The notes beneath the pieces were generated by a model. The model saw only the letters and a list, made by a program, of their open reading frames with translations. It was not told the DNA's origin and made no database searches. A program made the position numbers and the translations under genes. A stretch of DNA of 64,000 nucleotides from Eledone cirrhosa (lineage: Eukaryota): the NCBI GenBank assembly GCA_964016885.1, contig CAXHJY010000007.1:32507-96506 (forward strand), in the 5' to 3' direction. Numbering within the stretch: position 1 is the first letter of the stretch; every line of letters begins with the position of its first letter. Below are positions 11,230 through 24,954 of the stretch, one piece after another.

Positions 11230-14200
11230 CTGTTCTAAATAATCTTGTGTATTTTAAAATCCCAGTATATCGCTTGTTACTGTTATATGCTTTATTTAAA
11301 ACCTTCTCCTCGCTCGCTAACTACCCCATACCCCCTCCCGCCCGCCCCTACTATCCACCCTTATTATTTGGACCAATCATAAGTCAGCGGCCTATGCTAT
11401 CACTTCTGGTTGCTTTTCGATATGATGGGTGGACTAAGGAATTCTGGAGAGTCTGAAGAATCTGGACACTCAGAGACAATGCCAAAGATAACGACAAATT
11501 CACCTCATGCTGCCGGACGAAAGGGCAAGGAAACCTCCTCTTTGTTTCGGCCGCAGATGGCCAACATAACCCCAACCCCCTCCCCCCTCCCGCGCCCCAC
11601 CCACCAAACGCAATCCAAAACTTCAGAGTTGGTACCATGAATGTAGGCACCTTAAAAGGTCGCTCTAACGAGGTTGTAGAAATGCTTGATCGTAAGGAGG
11701 TTGATGTTTGCTGTATCCAAGAGACCAGGTGGAGGGGCGGGTCTGCTAGATTCATTGTGGGTAAAAGACGATGCTATAAGCTTTTCTGGGTGGGAAATAA
11801 TAATGGGCTGGGTGGGGTAGGAATCATGTTAGCAGAAAAATGGGTGGATAAGATAATAGACGTAAATAGAGTGAACGACAGAATAATTAAAATAAGACTT
11901 GCTCTAAATAGAACTACTGTGACAGTAATATTTGCGTACGCACCCCAATCCGGACTGCCTGGCGCTATAAAAGACAGATTCTATGAGACACTGATGCTCA
12001 CTACCTCCAAAATAATCGAGAATGACTATATAATTATTGTTGGTGACCTAAATGGTCACGTTGGACAACATTGTGACGGCTATGACGGAATCCATGGATG
12101 CTATGGGTTTGGTACTAGAAATGAGGAAGGCTCCAGAATCCTGGAATTCTGTGACGCAAATAACCTAACTATCTGTAACACTAACTTCAAAAAGCGAGAC
12201 AATCATTTGATCACCTACAAATCAGGGGAACATTCCAGCCAGGTAGATTATATCCTTACCAGAAGATGTGACAGAGTAAACACTAAATCCCTCCCACATG
12301 AAGAATGCACCTCTCAACATAGACTCATAATTAGCAACCTCATAGTCAGGACGAGACGTACTCGACAACAGAAGACGACTATCCTCAGGAGAAAAATATG
12401 GAAGCTAAAGGACCCCACAACCAGTAATAAATTTAAAAGCATATTACTTGATGCTTTCGACAGTAAGGAAGAGCAATTAGAGTCGTACAATATAGAGGAA
12501 CAGTGGGAATTCCTGAAAGCAAACCTGCTGATGGCGGCAGATGAAGTCTGTGGCTGGAGCAGGCCTATATGCAGGAGGAGAGTAACGTGGTGGTGGAACA
12601 GTAAGGTGGAGGAGTCAATTAAGGCCAAAAAGCAGGCTCGGAAAGTATGGCGGGATGGGGGAAGTAGAGAAGACTATCAAGTTGTCAGGAGGGAAGCTAG
12701 GAGACAAGTGTACTTCGCAAGAAGGGAAGCAGAGGAAAGAAAGTTGAAGCATGTTCTACAACGCGAGGATCAAAAACGTGAGGTGTTCAGGATTGCTAGG
12801 CAATGTGTCATGGAAAACTGTGATATTGTCGGGGAGAAGTGTGTCCTTAATGATGATGGTGTACTTGCCATCACTGACGCTGATAAGAAGGTAGCTTGGA
12901 AGTGTCACTACGAAAGGCTACTAAATGAGGAGAATAAATGGGAGAAAGACAGTCTCCCCCACATCGATCCAATAGAGGGACCAGCAGTGCTAGTTGAAGG
13001 TAGTATAATAAGTAAGGCAATCAAAGATATGAAGACGGGTAAGGCGGCTGGGCCTTCGGAAATAGTTGCTGAAATGCTGAAAGCATCTGGAACGATGGGA
13101 CACACTATGGTGACCCGGATAGTAAACCAAGTCATACAGAATGAGGTTGTTCCGAAGGACTGGCGTAGCAGCATCATCATTAACTGCTACAAGGGTAAAG
13201 GAGATGCCCTAGATATGGGTAACTATAGAGGCATTAAATTAATCCACCATGTCATGAAGGTCACAGAAAAAGTAATAGCGCAACTAATCAGAGAGCGAAT
13301 TGATCTAGATGAAATGCAGTTCGGGTTTGTGTCAGGTAAAATTACCACAGACGCTCTTTTCATTGTACGACAACTACAGGAGAAGTACTTAGCTAAAAGT
13401 AAACCCCTATACTTAGCTTTTGTCGACTTGGAGAAAGCCTTTGACAGAGTTCCCCGTTCCATTATCTGGTAGGCTCTTAGAAAACTAGGTGTTGATGAAT
13501 GGCTTGTGAGAGCTATACAAGCCATGTATAAAGAAACAGTCATCAAGGTTAGAATTAACAATGAATATAGTGAAGAGTTTAGCGTAAAAGTTGGTGTTCA
13601 TCAGGGCTCCGTTCTTAGCCCCCTACTATTTATTATTGCCCTTCAGGCTATAACAGTGGAGTTCAAGACTGGCTGCCCATGGGAACTCCTATACGCAGAT
13701 GATCTAACGCTCATAGCCAAATCAATGGCCGAACTAGAGAAGAAATTCCTAACATGGAAGCATGGCCTAGAATCAAAAGGCCTTAAAATTAACCTGTCTA
13801 AGACTAAAGTTCTAGTTTGTAGGAAGGAAAATAGGGCACCGGTCCCATCCGGGAAATGGCCATGCTCAGTGTGTAGGAAAGGAGTAGGTAGAAACTCCAT
13901 TTTATGTCCCAAATGCAAAGTATGGGTGCATAAAAGATGTAGTGGGATCACAGGTAAGCTAACTAAGAACATAGATTTTATATGTGGTCGGTGCTCTGGT
14001 GCAATAAGTAGCAGCAAGTGCCCACAGAATACTAGCTCATTCCATTGCACAGATGGTTCTATAGAAATAGTGGACAGCTTCCGTTACCTGGGTGACAAAA
14101 TCAGCAGTGGAGGAGGGTGCTCTGAAAGTACAGTAGCTAGAGTCAGAACTGGATGGAAAATGTTCAGAGAGCTTATACCACTATTAGCCGCTAAACTGTT

Positions 14201-15038
14201 CTCCCTAAAAATGAAAGGCAGGCTGTATGATGCCTGCATACGAACAGCAATGTTACATGGCAGTGAGACCTGGGCATTGTGTGCAGAGGATATACGCAGA
14301 CTGGAGAGGAACGAAGCTTGCATGCTCCGCTGGATGTGTAATAGTAATATACGTGAATGGCAAAGCATAAACGAACTCAGGTAAAAATTAGAAATAAGAG
14401 GGATCAGTTGTTGTTTACTTGAGAGAAGACTACGTTGGTATGGTCACATGATGCGCATGAAAGACGACAGCTGTATAAAAAAGTGCAGGTCAATAAAAAT
14501 AGACGGTAGCCACGGAGTAGGCAGACCCAGAAAAACATGGGACGACTTGATAAATTCCGACCTCACACACTTACACCTCTCCAAGACAATGTCACTGGAC
14601 CGAGGTCTTTGGCGCTACACAGTAATACAGAAGACCCGCCTTACCTAAGTACAAAGTGAAACCTACCACAGTCAGTAGGCACCTCTAACAAAAATACACC
14701 CCCGTCCCACTACCCCCACCCGATCCACACCACCCCTTTCAATATGAAGTTATGTTGGTACCACAACATCCAGTCCGAAACAAATGAGGTCGTGTAGGTG
14801 TCACGACAAAAAAACACACAGTCCACGCTGTAATGTGGCCGTGTAGGTAACACGGTAAAAACCTCCCAGTCCACACTGTAAACGTGGTTGGTGTTAGGAA
14901 GGGCATCCAGCCGTAGAAATCCCGCCAGACAGTCCTATGCGAGCAAGACAACCACTCTTGCCTCAAGTGAGAAAACTCCCGTCCAAACCCATGCAAGCGT
15001 GGAAGATGGACGTTAAACGATGATGATGATGATGATGA
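11230..15038 (+). mobile_element. Near full-length RTE LINE (APE endonuclease + RT with PHD-like insert), inactivated
   Basis: ORFs 11637-13472, 13506-14384, 14448-14648 separated by in-frame stops; motifs NVGTLKG, CIQETRW, GDLNGHVG, AFVDLEKAFD, QGSVLSP, YADD; 3'UTR ending in (GAT)n. 5' boundary approximate. Confidence 0.95.
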
Positions 15039-15535
<497 letters not shown>

Positions 15536-15917
15536 AAGTACTTGACGATGAGCATTCTAGCTGTTCAATAAACTGATTGAATAATACAAACGATGTTTTA
15601 ATATACAGATTCATTATCTGTGTATATATAATATATACAAAGCATATAAATAAATTTACAGTAGAATAACATAGCAAATATGTTTTAAATATATACATAA
15701 ATAACATTACCAATGCTTACATAACATTATAAATTGCTCGCGATTCTTTCAGAAGGATATATTCCTTTAATGTTGCAATATTAAAGAAAATATACGTATA
15801 TATATATATACATACATATATTTATTCAACTAAGGAAAGTTGGTTGATTGAAAATCTGCCGACTCTTTCATAAGAGATGACAAACACTCAACAGTTTATG
15901 TTTATCCGGAGTTTTAT

Positions 15918-16028
15918 TATAATAATTGTTTCTACTTTGGCACAAGGCCAGCAATTACCCATTGTATTACTGGTACTTTATTTTATCGACCCCATAAGGA
16001 TGAAAGGCAAAGTTAACCTCGGCGGGTT
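15918..16028 (-). mobile_element. Nin/Deu-domain-like SINE fragment (family B)
   Basis: Reverse complement of ctttgcctttcatccttacggggtcgataaaataaagtacc...gctggccttgtgcc; other fragments at 5415-5508, 18680-18780, 24070-24205, 29947-30063, 41810-41885, 43830-44040. Confidence 0.75.
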
Positions 16029-16263
16029 ATGATAATAAACAAGAAAGACGGTATCATTTACCCATCCCTATTTTATTATGCGTATTTCATTTGTATAACA
16101 TCTGCCCTACGTGTTCTCATATCAACGGATATCAACGAATATCTCATATCAACGGATATTTACATCTTGCATGGATTTTTGTCGGAAGAAAACACGTAGG
16201 ACAGATATTATACAAATGACATATGTCTTCGAAATAAGTACCGTCTTTCTTCTTTATTATTAT

Positions 16264-16339
<76 letters not shown>

Positions 16340-16350
16340 CTATGTTTTAT

Positions 16351-16428
16351 ATTGCCTCGTCCGACGAACGAATGAAGACGTATCTTTCGTATTCGCCTTA
16401 TTCGGGAAACCTCTGGTAATGAGGTAAT
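16351..16428 (+). ncRNA. Solo degenerate hammerhead-ribozyme motif (copy of the 55.6/59.6-kb PLE pLTR)
   Basis: attgcctcgt-CCGACGA-stem II-GAAA-cc-tct-gGTA-atgaggtaat; core U4 is changed to C, so probably inactive. Confidence 0.6.
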
Positions 16429-16668
16429 TATATTGTATTGTTGTTTTTTATACATTATATATATATATATACATATATATACATACATAGTAATAATAAT
16501 AATATTTATACTTATATATGATTATAAATATGGATGGTAGTACTAAGTACTAGCCAGTTACCGGTAGGAGAAAAGGCTCAATGTAAATTTTCAAATGTAT
16601 TACAGAGCCGAGATACAAAATATAAAACAATAAAATCTTAGTTTAATACAATTGCTGATGATTTTTTT

Positions 16669-16699
<31 letters not shown>

Positions 16700-16700
<1 letters not shown>

Positions 16701-17190
16701 CATGGTGGTGGCTGCCAACTCGTTTTCGAGTACGGCCACTACTTTATATCCATGTAGGAGAACCCCTACCGAAGCGCTGAACGAGTGTGACTTTTTAGTC
16801 CAGCCAGCGACTTGAAAACTCTGGTACAAACACTACACTTGTGACAATTATTGACACATAGTGCTGGGCCCATGGTACCATGTGAGGACAAGTGCAGAGA
16901 GATCTCCAGATATAAAGCAATGCCTGTGCCGTGAAGCTTTTATAGTGAGCAAAGGCACTGCACAAAGCCAGTCCCACTCTCTTAACCAAGATGATATTTA
17001 CCAAAAAGAAGAACAAGTCAACATCATTGGATACCATCAGGGTTGCAGGTGTTATATCAGAGTTTTCCTTCTCCTAGAATTCTGCCTTGACAAAGGCTAA
17101 GGGGTCATCTCTCCCGGTGATTTTGGATGGCCATTGACTCTTAAGAGCTCCTTTGCCCTTTGACAGCTTTTGTTTTTAGTCCTGCAGGAC
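16700..17190 (-). mobile_element. RTE-related non-autonomous element (5'UTR-like) embedded in (CATA)n
   Basis: Minus strand ctaggagaaggaaaactctgat, a motif I recall from RTE 5'UTRs; (CATA)n on both sides. Confidence 0.5.
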
Positions 17191-17231
17191 ATACATACAT
17201 ACATACATACATACATACATACATACATACA

Positions 17232-17267
<36 letters not shown>

Positions 17268-17421
17268 CAATATATATACAATATATTAATAAATGGAAAC
17301 TATATTTATAAAACCATATTTATTTTATACATATATACACACACATATATATGTATGAAACTTAATTATTCGTGTAATGCGACTCCTGTAACGTTTTTAA
17401 TAATTATTTGATATTACTTAC

Positions 17422-17520
17422 CATTTTCTTATCTTTTGCTTTTATTGTTTCTTCTTTTCTCCTGCGTTTGTTGACATTTGCACTATTTCCTGGAGAAAAA
17501 TGGCGCCAAACTTTTCCTTT
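17422..17520 (-). other. Probable first exon of an unidentified divergent gene, ending in the start codon
   Basis: Minus strand reads ...aaagataagaaaATG|GTAAGT (consensus donor at 17421); nearby YY1-like AAAATGGCG (17497-17505), CACGTG and TGACGTCA. Confidence 0.5.
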
Positions 17521-17894
17521 TGAAGGAATAATGTGATTGTGTTCACGTGATATATAGCTGTCAGTCGTGAAAGCAGCCGATGAAAGCAGGCGAAGGTGAC
17601 GTCATTCGTCATCGTTTATTTCCGTATTACTACCACCAAGTAACTCCACTTACGCGTGGTAGTAATACGGAATTAAACGATGTTTTGCTTTTGACTGACA
17701 GCTAATAGCGTTGTAGTGCCCAATTATATATTCAGAGATTAAAAAAAATTATTTACTTTTTTAATTTCTTAATTTTTTTTTTTTTTTAAATCTTTTAATT
17801 TTTTAATTTTTTAATTTTTAATTTTACTTTTAATTTTATTATATTATATTATTTTATTATCTTATTATCTTTTATTATTATTATTTTATTATAA

Positions 17895-18108
17895 TTGGCA
17901 GTATCAGTAGAGGGTGGGTGGATTGGCAGTATCAGTAGAGGGTCGGACGCCATGCTTTCCAGCATAGTTACGTCCCTTGACGATCTGAGTTCAAATCCCG
18001 CCGAGGTTGACTTTGCCTTTCATCCTTACGGGGTCGATAAAAATAAAGTACCTGTAATACACTGAGTAATTGCTGGCCTTGTGCCTAAAGTAGAAACAAT
18101 TATTATTA
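17895..18108 (+). mobile_element. Nin/Deu-domain-like SINE (family B), near full length
   Basis: B box GAGTTCAAATCC, gactttgcctttcatccttacggggtcgataaa domain, (ATT)n tail. Confidence 0.8.
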
Positions 18109-18551
18109 TTTTATTATTTTTCATTATTATTATTTTTTTTTTTTATTATTTTACTTTATTTAATTTTATTATTTTTATTATTTTTATATTTTTTTATTAC
18201 TTTATTATAATTTATATTATGTTTTAACCATTGTCTGTATTTTTTATGCTTTTGCATTTTTTGCTTTTGCATTCTTTGTTTTTGTGTGCCATCTATTATA
18301 TCTGCATCTTGTTGAATCCGCTTATGCCCTGGCATTTAGCTGCGGTGCTTAACAACCCCAGCATGCACCTCGTTGTTCGCCATCTCCAATCTCCCTATCT
18401 TTATTCTGATTGTTCGTGTGACTAGGTTTTTGTGGAGCTTATACTCAACACTGTATTTATTAGGCTCTGAGGATTTCTGCCACAAGGTGAGGGTGAAATA
18501 TTGTAAGTAAATAAAGACTGTTAGAGTATGTAAGCGTTCTTTGGTTTCTTT

Positions 18552-18628
<77 letters not shown>

Positions 18629-19112
18629 TTAGGAAAATTAACAAAGAGAAGTATCCCTCTGAAATCTACTTCAAACTTCTGCATTCGATAAAATAAAGAT
18701 AAAATGCCAGTACTGGGATCGATAGAATCGACTTTCTCTTCCCTACAAATTGCTGGCCTTGTGCCTGAATTAGAAACTATTACAGTATACACATCTGAAT
18801 GTATGTATGGACCCGTAACACCCGATGAAAGCGTAAAGAGATGGGGTGTAGTGGCATACAGTATCTTGGGCACTTTATGTCTGGCGACGCCCATCTTCGT
18901 TCCAGGTATGAAAACAGCCCTATTTTCCCAGAGAAGGAGAGAGTGAATGATAGACAAGAAGTAAGAAAGAGATATATAGGGAAAATGCACCCCAGTACTG
19001 GACTGGTACCTTTTTATCGACCTCGGTGAGAGACATGGAACGAATACCACTAAGCATTCTATCCAAGGTTCTGTAGCGCTTTCTAGACAGGAAGTAGCTG
19101 GAGTTACTTCCC

Positions 19113-21193
19113 GTTTAGGTTGCAGAACCTTCTTTGTGACTTCCGTCCAGGGAACTATAAAGGAGAGGGATGAAAGCTATCTTCCTCTCTTTTCACCTTT
19201 TGGCTGCCTGGCCTTTCGGCCAAGCGCGTTCCGCCGACGGTACACTCTCTCGCTTCCTGACTGTAAAAAGGTAAACACCTAACTTTCTTTCGTCGTGAAC
19301 CCACTAGCCAACATGTAACACAACAACTTAACCACGGCCTGGCAACATTTCCGCCAGTAGCCCGTGCCTCCTGAATTCCTTAATTCGTTGTTTCATCTCT
19401 CTTGGCATGTCAGCTATTCAGCTCTACTCAGCTCAACCTTCGTAAATAAATATTGTACATACAACCCAGTGTCCTGTTATAGTTCTAATGACTGCCAATT
19501 CACCGTCTATATCTGTTTGTCCATGTATGTAAATATGTTTGTAGTTGTGAAGGTGTAGCTGTTAACCGGATCCTTAAGGAAGCTCGGAATAGCTTTGCAC
19601 GTGCTCTCTCCTATCTATTGAAAAACGTTTGTTTATCCTACAATACGTCTGACTGGCAGAAACTGTTTTTGTTCCCTCTCATCTCGCTTCGCGTGCGCAA
19701 TGCGAAATCGGGTTCCCTCACGTCCTCTCAAGCGGCACTTCCAGCCGTTTGAGTTCACCCCAACCACTTCTCACCTTAGTTTGACATCGAACTCAGTGCC
19801 TACCAAAAGGCAACCGATAAACCTGAAACGTGTGGATAATGCCAAATTCAGCGAATATGACATTAAAGGGGCTGTCCGTCTACTCTCTTCTCTGTCCTCG
19901 CTCCGTGTACCTCTCATTCTCTTGAGCGACTTAAATAGAAGCACCCATCGGCACCCCCAGATGATCAATTACATTGGCCCGAATCACCAGAATACTCGGG
20001 ACCGGTCTACGCCACTGAAAACATCACAAAAGCGATTTCATCTTTCCATGCTGGTTCAGGCGCAGGGATTGACGCCCTTTAACCTCAACACACCAAGGAT
20101 GGTATCTCCTTATCGGCCGGTAACGCCAAACTCGAGCTCTTGGAGAGTCTGACTCAGTTTGTGAATCAGTTCTCTTCAGTGAACGTTTTCCTCTATATCC
20201 GTCCGCTGTTCTTCGGTGCGAAAATATCCGGATAAGGCTCTAGCCACTGCTAACAAAATGGCTGAGGAGTTTGACCGTCGGGGTCTCTATGTCAATACCT
20301 CCAAATATGAGCTCTGGATTCTCAACCACCCGGCTTCTGAACATCAACAGACAATTTATATGTTTACAGAGTCCTTCCCTTCCATTGCGATTTCTCCCCC
20401 GTCAGTTTGGTGCTCCTTAGGAGCCCCAATTACAGATCTCGCCTTCGAGTCAATCTTCCAATCGAAGATGGTTGGCATTGAGCAGTTGCTGAAGAATATT
20501 GAAGAAATCGAATCCCATCAAGGTTTTTTCATACTCAGAAACTACCTTTCAATTCCTAAACTGTGCCCCTGGTCGAGAGGTAGATGCCTTGTCTGGGACG
20601 TCACAGTTAGTGACTCTTTTGCTTCTTCCCACATCCTGGATGCTGCGGTTAGAGCGAGAGTCACAGCTTCCGCAGTAGAACGGAACAAAATCCTAAAATA
20701 CCGTGATCTGTCGGCCAACGACATTATCCAGCCTGTGACATCTGAGACGTTTGGGGGAGTCGGGCTACTGACTGCGAGTTTCCTACCTTCACTGGCGGCT
20801 CGCCTAACAGAGGTAACTGGTGAAGCTCGTAAAGGCACCTGGTTATTCCAGCGCATCAGCCTCGCCATCATCTGAGCTAACGCTGCGATTGTGCTGGCTT
20901 GCCTCAAAAATTATTGGAGAGATTTTCCAGTGCTCCTCGCGATACTGTTATCTTTTACTCTGGTAGTGGCTCGGTTGTCCACCCCTTTCACCTGCCTTTT
21001 GTTGTGTGGTCACAGATGTGTGTACTACTGCTTCTGTTTTTTTTCCCTTGTCTTTCTTTTCCTTTCTTTTTTTTCCCGTTTTCCCTTTCCCTTTCCTTTG
21101 TATTATATTTCTTTATGCTTTCGTTCTGTAAGCATTGTATTATTATACATCTTTTTGTTAACTTTTAAAATCAAACTGAATAGTGTAAACTTA
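19113..21193 (+). mobile_element. CRE-like non-LTR retrotransposon with restriction-like endonuclease, internally deleted
   Basis: ORF 20216-20875 PWSRGRCLVWDVTVSDSFA...ERNKILKY...PVTSETFGGVG...WLFQRISLAI; direct repeat GAGTTACTTCCC at 19101-19112 and 21194-21205. Confidence 0.8.
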
Positions 21194-21639
21194 GAGTTAC
21201 TTCCCTTGTCTCAATGTGCTTGTCGTAATATTTAAACTGAGCCATCTAGGTAACAGTATCTGAATTAATACTTCTTGCGAGCTTTCTAAACAGTTAAAAC
21301 ATTTCATTTCTTGGGTTCTCTTGTTGTTAACTACTTTTGTGTACTTATTACGAAAGATGTCAGGCTGTCTGAAATCCTAATACACTTTTGTGTACCCATT
21401 ATTTGAATTAGTACTGTGTATTACATTCCTTCAGTAGATAGTACGTTCTGCTACATAGTTGCATATAATCAAAGTATAAGAATCACTTTCTTTATATTTC
21501 AAAGAGAAAAATATATTCTTTGAACAGTTTTAATTTATCAATAAACTAATTGATTAATTAAATTAAAGATCGCAATAATTTCCAAGACGTGCAATAAACT
21601 GTCACGGCTGAAATTAAGTAACTATGGCAACTAAACGTT

Positions 21640-21827
21640 TGTCTATAACGTCACTTCCTCTTCCTTTTTTTTTCCTCTTGAATGTATTTAAACGCACGTT
21701 GTTTAGTAAGCAAGTTGTTGCTAATTGATACAGACAAGCTCGACTTGTCACCGGTTTACTCTTGTCTACCGGTGCAGTCTCGCACAGGATTTTTAATTTC
21801 GACTTGTAAAACGGATTTGAAACAGCC
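21640..21827 (+). promoter_or_regulatory. Probable DHRSX promoter/5'UTR
   Basis: Composite ACGTCACTTCC (CRE half-site plus ETS) followed by a polypyrimidine tract cttcctcttcctttttttttcc; locally CpG-enriched; 150-180 nt upstream of the ATG. Confidence 0.5.
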
Positions 21828-21942
21828 ATGTGGCAAATGCTGTTAGATTGGCTATGGATCGTATGGAATTTTATTTTACTATATTACATCGGTTTGCGGA
21901 CTTTCTTCCAGGAAGTTACCTCTGAACGCAAGAAACCCTCAG
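21828..21942 (+). CDS. DHRSX: DHRSX-like SDR (polyprenol dehydrogenase-type), coding exon 1
   Basis: Kozak-like acagccATG; encodes the hydrophobic leader MWQMLLDWLWIVWNFILLYYIGLRTFFQEVTSERKKPS; ends phase 1 at CAG|GTTTGA and joins 45032 in frame to give ...KKPSALPPQHGRVAIVTGG. Confidence 0.8.
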
Positions 21943-22252
21943 GTTTGATGCAAAACGCTTTAAAATATATCTATATATTATCTATAGGTAGACAAATATC
22001 TCGCAGTATTTATTTAACTCACTTTACGTTGTGAGTTCGAATCCCGGCAAAATTGACATTACATTTCATTCTTCCACTCTCGACATAAACAATGTCTTTA
22101 TATATATATATATATTCTATTTTAACTACTATTTTCATTTGCAACGGCATATATACAGAAATTATCGTTCTGTTTGGGCGAGTGTTCGTCATAGGTCTAG
22201 GCAATGTAAACAATGACTTTGGTAGTTTTCGCTCGCAGTCAATAAACCGGTC

Positions 22253-22284
<32 letters not shown>

Positions 22285-22664
22285 GTATGTGTGTGTGTGT
22301 CACAATTATAGAAGAGCATCTCGATTTCAGTGGGAAAAAGTTTGGTAAATTTACAGGAAAAACTCCTCAGCCGTTGAGTAGGAAATTGTCTTTTTTCCCC
22401 CCTAGATTTTCCCTTGTGTTAACCAGAAATCTGACGGGGAAAAAAAAGACAATTTCCTATTATTTTGTTCCCGGTATCCTTTAGCTTTATTTCACGTTAC
22501 CCATTGCCGAATTTACCATTGTGCTTAGGTGTGCTTATTAAGTGGAGGGCCATTGTTGGCCAGGAGGCCATCTACACGTCCAAAATATTTTTTACGATGA
22601 ATTTTTCAAATGTTTAGGGCTTCAACTAAACTAGCACAGGGCCTCATTTGTCTTAAATCCAGCA

Positions 22665-22880
22665 CCTACATTGCCCCATTCCACTCAGCTGGCAAAAATA
22701 AGTTGTACCTATAATTCAAATGGCCAGACTTATCACACCTTGTGTCCCACTGAATCTCCCTGACAGCTACCTTGAGGGTACAAGTGTCTGTGGAATGCTC
22801 AGTGACTTGCACATTAATTTCGTGAGCAGGTCGTCCTGTTGATCGGATCAACTGGAACATTCATCGTCAGAACCGATAAT
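22665..22880 (+). mobile_element. Cephalopod-type SINE 3' part (family C)
   Basis: ttgcacattaatttcgtgagcagg...gttgatcggatcaactggaac resembles octopus SINE bodies (recognised from memory). Confidence 0.55.
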
Positions 22881-23086
22881 AACTATTTTGTATATGTGCA
22901 TGTTTCATTGCGTAAGAATGTGGTAGAGCATTTACTATCATAATTGATTGTGTGTCACCTTTTCGTCAATACTTGCAGAGCCTGATATCTTGAAAGTTGA
23001 GTTTATGCCTTTCCTGTCTCAAGTACAGGGCCAGCACTACCATTAGGCCAACTAGGTCTAAATCACATTATTTAACCTTAACGGTT

Positions 23087-23291
23087 TAAACTTTTAGCAT
23101 TTACATTACTCTATATTTGCTATTGTATTTTCATGGTAAATACTTTATCTCACATAATATCGAATCTATAACATTTTGATATTATTTATTTTGAAAACAA
23201 TACCTTAACATAAGTATGAGCAGCCGGTTTGAACAGAAAGAGGTGGGAGAATTCTGGCCGAATACAGCCGATTTAAATGCTAAAGGGTTAA
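23087..23291. mobile_element. piggyBac-type MITE
   Basis: TIR ..ttttagcattta / taaatgctaaagggTTAA; same family as 33215-33464 and 45897-46120. Confidence 0.7.
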
Positions 23292-24954
23292 AGTAAAATA
23301 ATTTTAAAATAAGAAATGCTAAAGATTAAGGAGACTCCCATCATGCTTCATCATGTCTGATGTTTGGCAAATATTCAGTGAACAATTCCTCTCCATCTTT
23401 CTCTATCCTTAAACCATATCCTCCAGCTCAATAAATTTGTTGCTGACCATTTTTGCACAATCAAGCCAAGTGATTCGTTAGTGGCCTACTCCTGTCTTCT
23501 CAGTCACTGCAGTAGTGACAAACCACTTCAAATCAATCTCTGCAGAACCACAATATATATGTTCATGATATTGCGATTATCATCTCCTAATGTCTTGTAT
23601 TGCATTATCCAATCACATCTTTCAATATCCGGGGATAGCTCCTCATTTTAAAAGATACTATCTTTCTCATGGGCTATACATCACAACCATATCGGAATAC
23701 CAACCACACATAAACTTTGAGTACCCTAATCTTTGTTAAAATATTGTGGTTATTCTGCATAAGGTGAGCACTCTACATTAATGCTTGCTTCACTATATTC
23801 AATCAACATTGGACTTCCTCCAATATCACAATCATCAGCATGTAAGGAGGTTCCCATGCAGAGAAGTTTACACTTCAGGATTAAAAAGAAACTATAGAGT
23901 AGAAAGAAATTATAGAGTAGCCAACACTTCACAGAGGACTAACATTTGCACTGTGCAAACATTGTGTAGAGAATATCATTAAAGGGCAATACCCAAGAGC
24001 TGTTGATTAAATCTGCTACAGGTGCTGAACAAGGAATTGTAGTACTGTGTATAATATTTGAATGTTTGCTGGGTGAAGGATTGGCAGAATTTGTAGAGCC
24101 TTGGATAAAATACCATTGCAGTATTTGTTCTGGCTCTTAACATTCTGAGTTCAAATCCTGTTAGGACCAACTTTGATTTTCATCCTTCTGGGGCTAGTAA
24201 GATAAAGAATAGGTCTCTCAAGCTCAAGGACTAAAAAAAAACCATTATGTCATGGGGAAGAGACACAGCAAGCTAAAAGTGAGATGAGGGGGGGGGGGGG
24301 TGATTTCAATCTGTTATAATGCTAATCTGCATTACAGCTGATAGGCTGATATTTATTTTTTATCAATGACAGTAAGTGGGATATATGAATTAGTACAAAA
24401 TGTATTGGAACAAATTTTCCTTAATTCCATTTTTATTTTTGGTAAATTCCCTTTTTTCTGTTTTCACTTTTGAAAGGGGTCATTGTAGCATGACAAAGGT
24501 CATTGTTTTTACTTCTTGTATACAAACTCCACACTACTTGACAAAAACACGATGAATGCCCAACTGACATACCAGCACAGGCACACATATAAACACCCCA
24601 ATTAAAAAACAAAGGTACAAGCATGCACACACACACACATACGCACATGAATATATGTATATATACGCACACGAGTAGCCCTGCCTATGCACTCAAACAC
24701 TTACATATGCCCACATACATGAAAACAAATAGGGTTGATGTTTATATATACTCATCATCTCACAAATCACAACAAACACTGTATGTTTTGTTGAATTGCC
24801 AGTTTGAAGAGCAGATTGATAATTGAAGCCGGGTCCATAACATCTATGGGTAACCCTGAGCCAATCCTCTGCAAAACACACATAACAGTATAAACAATAA
24901 AAAACTAACTACTCGTAAACAAAACTTTTATCTTTTTTCTTAATATATATATAT

